A stretch of 64,000 nucleotides of DNA from an uncultured Chitinophaga sp. (lineage in GTDB: Bacteria; Bacteroidota; Bacteroidia; NS11-12g; UBA9320), in assembly GCA_964617955.1 (NCBI GenBank), contig CAZTXB010000010.1, positions 1,771 through 65,770 on the forward strand, in the 5' to 3' direction. Below, one piece after another: positions 58,811 to 64,000 of this stretch. The translations under genes were made by a program, and so were the position numbers. How positions within the stretch are numbered: position 1 is the first letter of the stretch; every line of letters starts with the position of its first letter. The notes beneath the pieces are model-generated. The model was not told where the DNA came from, did not search any database, and saw nothing but the letters and a program-made list of their open reading frames with translations.

Positions 58811-60934
58811 TTAATTTTTTGGTTCAAGTTTTATGTCCTTTCCAAGCCGTTGCAGATAAGCAATCACAGCTATGATTTCCTTGTCGCTGCTAATTTCCAA
58901 TTTATTAGCCTTTAACCCCTGGGCTATCATAAGTGCCTGAGCTTCCAATTCTTTGTTTGCCTTGGCTTCATAATTGTCGGGGTAGGGTACCCCCATTTTT
59001 CGCATTGCATAGATTTTGGAATTGGTGCTTGCCTTGTCAATTTCTTTTTCAAACAAGAAAGGATAGGAAGGCATAATGGAGCCGGGAGCCATGGAGCCCG
59101 GATCGAGCATGTGGTTAAAATGCCATGCATCGCCATACTTTCCTCCGATTCGGGCCAAATCAGGACCGGTTCGCTTGCTTCCCCATTGGAAGGGATGGTC
59201 GTAAACAAATTCGCCCGCCTTGGAGTATTCGCCATATCGGGTTACTTCATATCGAAATGGCCTGATCATTTGAGAATGGCAATTGTAGCAACCTTCTCTG
59301 ATATAAATGTCGCGACCTTGCAATTCCAAAGGCGTATAAGGTTTTACAGAGGCGATGCTTGGAATATTTTCTTTTACCAAAAACGTGGGTATCAATTCGA
59401 TGAGGCCGCCAATCCCCACAACAATTAAACTCAACACCAACAACAAGATGGGCTTGCGCTCAATAAAGCTATGCCAAATTGAATTGGCCGGCGCAGTATA
59501 CGCTTTGATAAGTGGGGCTGCTTCTGCCTCCTCTTTCGCCAGGAATTTACCCATTTTGGCTGTTTTGACTAAATTGTAAATCATGATAATAACCCCGGTG
59601 AGAAAGATCGTTCCCCCTACTGCACGCATGGTATAAAACGGAATGATGGTTTGCACCACATCAATAAACTGGTATTGCAATTGTCCTTCGGGAGTGAAAG
59701 ACTTCATCATAAAGTAGGACCTGAATGCACTCCAATACATTGGAATGGCATAGAGTAAAATACCCAAAGTGCCAATCCAGAAATGAGTGGATGCTAATTT
59801 TTGTGAATAGAGTTTGGTGCTAAATAGTTTTGGAATGAGCCAATACATCATTCCGAAGGTTAAAAAACCATTCCATCCTAAAGCGCCAATATGAACGTGT
59901 GCTACGGTCCAATCGCTGTAGTGTGATATGGCGTTAACGCTTTTTAATGAAAGCATGGGTCCTTCGAAGGTGCTCATACCATAACACGTAACGGCAACTA
60001 CAAAAAATTTCAAAACAGGGTCTTCCCTTACCTTATCCCAGGCTCCGCGAAGCGTAAATAGCCCGTTAAGCATACCTCCCCAACTTGGCAGTATGAGCAT
60101 AATTGAAAACGCTGTACCAAGCGACTGGGCCCAATCGGGCAAAGCAGTATACAGCAGGTGGTGCGGACCTGCCCAGATGTAAAGGAATATTAAACTCCAA
60201 AAGTGAACAATGCTCAAGCGATAGGAGTATACCGGTCGGTTGGCTGCCTTTGGCAAAAAATAATACATCAGTCCCAGGTAAGGGGTCGTTAAAAAGAAGG
60301 CGACGGCATTATGGCCATACCACCATTGTACCAAGGCATCCTGAACCCCGGCATACCAGGAGTAACTTTTCATATACGAAACCGGCAGCTCAAACGAATT
60401 GACCAAATGCAGCATGGCAACGGTTACCCAGGAGGCGATAAAGAACCACACCGCCACGTAGAGATGCCTTTCTCTTCGGGTTAAAATGGTACCAAACATA
60501 TTGATTCCAAAAATCACCCATATGATGGTGATTAATATATCAATTGGCCATTCCAACTCCGCATACTCCTTGCCGGTGGTAAAACCCATGAGCAGGGATA
60601 CGGCGGCACAGACGATAATAAATTGCCAGCCCCAAAAATGAATCGATCCCAGCATTTTGCTCCACATCGGCGTTTTTAACAAGCGTGGAACGGCATAGTA
60701 AATGCCTGTAAAAATACCATTGCCTACAAATGCAAAAATCACCGCATTGGTGTGAACCGGGCGAAGTCTTCCAAACGATAAATGAGGAAAATACTCGCTA
60801 AAATTAAGAACAGGAAACGACAACTGGAAGGCTGCAATAACCCCCAGAAGCATTCCTACGGCTCCCCAAAAAATACACGCTATGGCGAAATACTTCGGGA
60901 GCTTGTTGTCGTAGTAAAACTTTTCTAAACCCAT
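58811..60934 (-). CDS. ccoNO: cbb3-type cytochrome c oxidase, fused subunits I and II (CcoN-CcoO)
   Basis: 707 aa. A 12-TM heme-copper oxidase core with conserved His ligands, fused to a C-terminal mono-heme cytochrome c domain (CYNCHSQMIRP). The fusion is typical of Bacteroidota. Confidence 0.95.
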   Translation of the reverse strand: MGLEKFYYDNKLPKYFAIACIFWGAVGMLLGVIAAFQLSFPVLNFSEYFPHLSFGRLRPVHTNAVIFAFVGNGIFTGIYYAVPRLLKTPMWSKMLGSIHFWGWQFIIVCAAVSLLMGFTTGKEYAELEWPIDILITIIWVIFGINMFGTILTRRERHLYVAVWFFIASWVTVAMLHLVNSFELPVSYMKSYSWYAGVQDALVQWWYGHNAVAFFLTTPYLGLMYYFLPKAANRPVYSYRLSIVHFWSLIFLYIWAGPHHLLYTALPDWAQSLGTAFSIMLILPSWGGMLNGLFTLRGAWDKVREDPVLKFFVVAVTCYGMSTFEGPMLSLKSVNAISHYSDWTVAHVHIGALGWNGFLTFGMMYWLIPKLFSTKLYSQKLASTHFWIGTLGILLYAIPMYWSAFRSYFMMKSFTPEGQLQYQFIDVVQTIIPFYTMRAVGGTIFLTGVIIMIYNLVKTAKMGKFLAKEEAEAAPLIKAYTAPANSIWHSFIERKPILLLVLSLIVVGIGGLIELIPTFLVKENIPSIASVKPYTPLELQGRDIYIREGCYNCHSQMIRPFRYEVTRYGEYSKAGEFVYDHPFQWGSKRTGPDLARIGGKYGDAWHFNHMLDPGSMAPGSIMPSYPFLFEKEIDKASTNSKIYAMRKMGVPYPDNYEAKANKELEAQALMIAQGLKANKLEISSDKEIIAVIAYLQRLGKDIKLEPKN

Positions 60935-60940
60935 TTTTTA

Positions 60941-61093
60941 TTACTTTTTTAAATTTTTGTTTTCGAATAATATTCTCGTGGCAGGACTTTCATCATCGTC
61001 GAACTGACCATTTTTAACACTCCATATAAAGGCCAACAGAAACGCCGTCGCCACGCCCAGGCTAACCAAAAGAAGAATAATAATTACGCTCAT
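60941..61093 (-). CDS. ccoS: cbb3-type cytochrome oxidase assembly protein CcoS/FixS. It is 50 aa and is not in the ORF track.
   Basis: My manual translation gives MSVIIILLLVSLGVATAFLLAFIWSVKNGQFDDDESPATRILFENKNLKK. It matches the CcoS pattern (hydrophobic helix + WAVKSGQFDD). The ATG at 61093 overlaps the ccoI TGA in a TGAcATGA context. TAA at 60941-60943. Confidence 0.7.
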   Translation of the reverse strand: MSVIIILLLVSLGVATAFLLAFIWSVKNGQFDDDESPATRILFENKNLKK

Positions 61094-61094
61094 G

Positions 61095-63509
61095 TCATTC
61101 TTTATTTTTTATTTTTAAACCCAGTTTATTGGAAACCCATTCCGTTAAACCAAAGGTTAACAACAGAATAGTTATAGAACTTGCAGGCATGAGCACGGCT
61201 GCAATAACAGGTTTCAAAATTCCCTGTATGGCGAAGTACAAACCCATGAAATTGTAAACCGCAGAAATGGCAAAGCTCAGAACAATTATTTGTTCCCCTT
61301 TCCTTACAAAGCGGATAAAATCGTTCAGCTTATACAGTTGAGTCCCATCAATAACCCCATCGGATGAAGGGGTAAAGTTGTTTGTTGTGTCGGCTACTGC
61401 AATACCCACATTACTTTGTTTCAAGGCCCCTGCATCGTTGAGTCCATCCCCAATCATCATAACCTTGTTCTTATTATCTTCCTGTAGATGCTTTATGTAA
61501 TCTAGTTTCTGTTGAGGGCTTTGGTTAAAATAAATCTCACTCTCTTTTCCCAATAAGTGTTCTATATTTTGATGCTCGGCAGCATTGTCGCCTGAAAGCA
61601 GCGAAAGTTTGAATTTGTTTCTCAGCGATCCTATCAGTTTACTCATACCAAACCGATAAGGGTTGGATATGACAAATTCACCCAGAATGTGATAATCGAC
61701 AAAAACAACCACTTTGGTTCCTTGCTTTAGCTTTAAATACTCACCTCCTACATAGGTCGGAGAACCCAATTTAATGTAATGGTTATTCACCCATCCTGAG
61801 ATGCCTTGCCCTTGAGTTTCCTTATAGTTTTCAACCGCTAATTCATTCCGCCCGCCTAAGAAATCATAGACCAGCTTACTTGCCGGGTGAGACGATTGAT
61901 GCAATAAAGCGGTAATCGACGTTTTCAATTCCTCATCAAGTACGGCCCCCGAATACCTTACCTTGGCTCCTGTGCTTTGGGTGATGGTTCCGGTTTTGTC
62001 AAAAACAATATGATTTATTTTAGAAATTTCTTCAATCACGTGGGGTGATCTGAGGTAAAACTTGTTGAGGCCAAGGATGCGAAGGACGTTGCCATGGGTG
62101 TAATTTTGCGAAAGCAGCAAAGCGCAGGGGCATGCCACAATAAGCACGGTCGTGATAGCATTCCACATGAGTTCAATCTCGTTTTGTAAATACCAGTAGA
62201 AACCTGAGGCAAATCCAAGGAGCAACACCATATAGGTGAAATATTTGCCTATGGCGTCGTAAGTGCTTACAGATACAGAATTCTTTTTATTAAAAACCGG
62301 ATTATTCCATAAACTGGTGAGGTAACTTTGAGAAAACTCTTTTGTAACCAAAAGCTCAAGGGTTGAATCCAGTGATTTTCCACCGGCATATACCAGGTCG
62401 CCAATTTTTACAGAAACGGGAAGACTTTCCCCGCTTACAAAGCTGTAGTCGATTTTTGCCTTGCCTTTTGAAAGAATGGAATCGACAGGAATTATTTCTT
62501 TGGCATAAATTTGAATAACCTCATTTGCCTTGACCTTAGAAATTTCTTTCGGAGTGGTGATGCCTTCTTTTACTACGTGAACAGAAATAGGGAAAAATGA
62601 TTTATAATCTCTGTCGAATGAAATGGTTTGGTAGGTTCTGCTTTGCAGCCAGCGGCCAATCAGCATAAAGAACACAATCCCGGCCATACTGTCGAGATAC
62701 CCGCTCCCAAGTCCAAAACCTATTTCATATAAGCTTCGTGTAAAAGTGATAATTAAGGCGAGAGCAACCGGTAGATCAATATTAAGATATTTGTTTTTCA
62801 AGCCATTCCAGGCCGAAACAAAAAATTCGGACGCGGAGTAAAACAGAACCGGAAGAGACAAAATAAGCGTTAACGTTTGAAAGAACACTTTCAATTTTGG
62901 CTCGATAGCACCGGAAGCGAAATACTCCGCCAGGCTCATCATCATGATATTGCCAAAACAAAAACCGGCGACCCCTATTTTGTACCACAGAGCTCTGTTT
63001 GTTTTCGTTTTTGTGCCCCCCGACAATTCATTGAAACTCAAATAAGGTTCGTAACCCAAACTGTCGAGCGTTTCAACCACTTTGCGCAAAGTAGTTTTTG
63101 AATGGTCAAAAACTATAAAGACCTCCTTTTTGCTGAAATTTACGTTTGAAGTCAGTATTCCAGGGTTCACCTTGTCCACATTCTCCAATAACCAAAGGCA
63201 ACTGCTGCAATGAATTTGAGGAAGATAGAGCGTAAGATGGCTTGTTTTTTTATTTGAATATTGAATGAGCTTTTGTTGAATTTCACCATCCTCCAAAAAC
63301 GCATATTTATCCCTTCGTCTCCTACCTCTTTGAATATGACCCGGCCTTGAATTGAGATCATAGTAGGTGCACAGTTCATATTCATTCAAAATTTCATAAA
63401 CCATTTTGCATCCCTCACAACAAAATTGTTTTTCCTCAATGCTGAATAACTTATCGGAGACAGGGCTGCCGCAGTGAAAGCAATGCAATATGGATTTTGA
63501 CTGAATCAA
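61095..63509 (-). CDS. ccoI: Heavy-metal (copper) translocating P-type ATPase CcoI/FixI
   Basis: N-terminal rubredoxin-like Cys pairs (CFHCG...FCCEGC), an HMA-like region, CPC motif (ACPCALLLS), DKTGT phosphorylation site and a GDGLND hinge. Predicted TTG start. Confidence 0.9.
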   Translation of the reverse strand: MIQSKSILHCFHCGSPVSDKLFSIEEKQFCCEGCKMVYEILNEYELCTYYDLNSRPGHIQRGRRRRDKYAFLEDGEIQQKLIQYSNKKTSHLTLYLPQIHCSSCLWLLENVDKVNPGILTSNVNFSKKEVFIVFDHSKTTLRKVVETLDSLGYEPYLSFNELSGGTKTKTNRALWYKIGVAGFCFGNIMMMSLAEYFASGAIEPKLKVFFQTLTLILSLPVLFYSASEFFVSAWNGLKNKYLNIDLPVALALIITFTRSLYEIGFGLGSGYLDSMAGIVFFMLIGRWLQSRTYQTISFDRDYKSFFPISVHVVKEGITTPKEISKVKANEVIQIYAKEIIPVDSILSKGKAKIDYSFVSGESLPVSVKIGDLVYAGGKSLDSTLELLVTKEFSQSYLTSLWNNPVFNKKNSVSVSTYDAIGKYFTYMVLLLGFASGFYWYLQNEIELMWNAITTVLIVACPCALLLSQNYTHGNVLRILGLNKFYLRSPHVIEEISKINHIVFDKTGTITQSTGAKVRYSGAVLDEELKTSITALLHQSSHPASKLVYDFLGGRNELAVENYKETQGQGISGWVNNHYIKLGSPTYVGGEYLKLKQGTKVVVFVDYHILGEFVISNPYRFGMSKLIGSLRNKFKLSLLSGDNAAEHQNIEHLLGKESEIYFNQSPQQKLDYIKHLQEDNKNKVMMIGDGLNDAGALKQSNVGIAVADTTNNFTPSSDGVIDGTQLYKLNDFIRFVRKGEQIIVLSFAISAVYNFMGLYFAIQGILKPVIAAVLMPASSITILLLTFGLTEWVSNKLGLKIKNKE

Positions 63510-63703
63510 TCTATGAGAACAGCTTGGTTTTGGTCAGCATTCACATTATTCATAAGAGCCTTTGTATTTGTGCAAGAATCTTTTCCCTTACAATCGCCAC
63601 AACAGGTATCTTTTTCGTCGTGTTGGTGATGAGTATGGGTGCTTGCCAATCCGATATGCAGCTTTGGTTTATCTGCTTTGATGACGGTCTTTTTATTTTT
63701 CAT
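63506..63703 (-). CDS. Hypothetical Cys/His-rich small protein translationally coupled to ccoI (possible metal-binding protein)
   Basis: 65 aa, ATG at 63703, overlaps the ccoI start by 4 nt. HTHHQHDEKDTCCGDCKGKDSC gives 5 His and 5 Cys within about 25 residues. No homology call possible by eye. Confidence 0.4.
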   Translation of the reverse strand: MKNKKTVIKADKPKLHIGLASTHTHHQHDEKDTCCGDCKGKDSCTNTKALMNNVNADQNQAVLID

Positions 63704-64000
63704 GCGTTATTTATCTTCTTGTGAAGCGTTTTGCAAAACTGCCTTAATGCATGAATGAAAAACATGACCACAAATAGGTCGGATTATGAGATAAATCATT
63801 TTTTGAAGGTTTTAGGATGTTGACGCCTTACACGAGGCTACCAGAGTTCGTAAAAAATTCTACTCCATACCCTTCATTGGCATGGGCATAAAATTAAAAA
63901 TAGGGTTAAAGACGATTCAATTTTTAATCCGTTTTTCTAAAATCAAAGCATCGAGATGGGCTTGGAAAAACTGTCCGGAATAAGCAAATTTATGGACTTC

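Noticed and set aside
1-64000. tRNA, rRNA, tmRNA, RNase P and SRP RNA genes in the spacers longer than 150 bp
   Set aside because: By eye, no cloverleaf-compatible GC-rich stems or conserved ncRNA boxes were seen. This is not a rigorous scan; tRNAscan or Rfam would be needed.
63704-64000. FNR/CRP-type box or Bacteroidota -33/-7 promoter upstream of the cco operon
   Set aside because: There are only partial matches (TGACC-N7-GGTCG, and TTTG-N20-TAAATAAC on the minus strand). None is good enough to call.

Overview
This 64-kb window is a chromosomal segment of a Bacteroidota-type genome, possibly a Flavobacteriia, Cytophagia or Sphingobacteriia-like organism. The phylum call rests on T9SS type A and type B C-terminal sorting domains, a fused CcoNO cbb3 oxidase subunit, a TTTG-N19-TAnnTTTG promoter and a DUF2723 giant membrane protein. 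Most of the window is densely packed housekeeping and envelope genes with AT-rich intergenic spacers.

Genes found include argS, moaA, purQ, dut, rpmF-plsX with the YceD-like gene, radA, a TrmH/RlmB-type methyltransferase and an NfuA-type Fe-S protein. There is a MacAB-like HlyD/FtsX/ABC efflux module, an ExbB/ExbD pair, two MFS transporters, a secreted amidohydrolase pair and a polysaccharide biosynthesis set (two GT4, an SDR epimerase, a nucleotidyltransferase and a Wzx-like flippase). A complete cbb3-type cytochrome oxidase operon spans roughly 54.9-63.7 kb on the minus strand (ccoI-ccoS-ccoNO-ccoQ-ccoP-ccoG-fixH-TauE-like). It includes two micro-genes, ccoQ and ccoS, that fall below the 60-aa ORF-track cutoff and that I translated by hand.

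Several features deserve a second look:
- A divergent cyanophycinase/cyanophycin synthetase pair (cphB/cphA).
- Two type II toxin-antitoxin modules (RelE/ParE-like and MazF/PemK-like).
- A dual-family cyclophilin+FKBP prolyl isomerase.
- Two interrelated families of short intergenic repeats, which are the most novel signal here.

The first repeat family has three copies of 236-364 bp. Each is bounded by a 15-bp terminal inverted repeat (GGGCCTGCTGAAAAA / TTTTTCAGCAGGCCC) and flanked by TA dinucleotides, so it is MITE-like and resembles IS630/Tc1-type elements. The second has four copies of about 125 bp, built from alternating-orientation ATACCAATG-like motifs. One copy of the second family sits nested inside a copy of the first. 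A 1.2-kb non-coding island between rlmB and radA holds three of these copies.

I saw no CRISPR array, rRNA or tRNA. I did not see a convincing novel defense system. Every homology call is from by-eye motif recognition, not from a database search.
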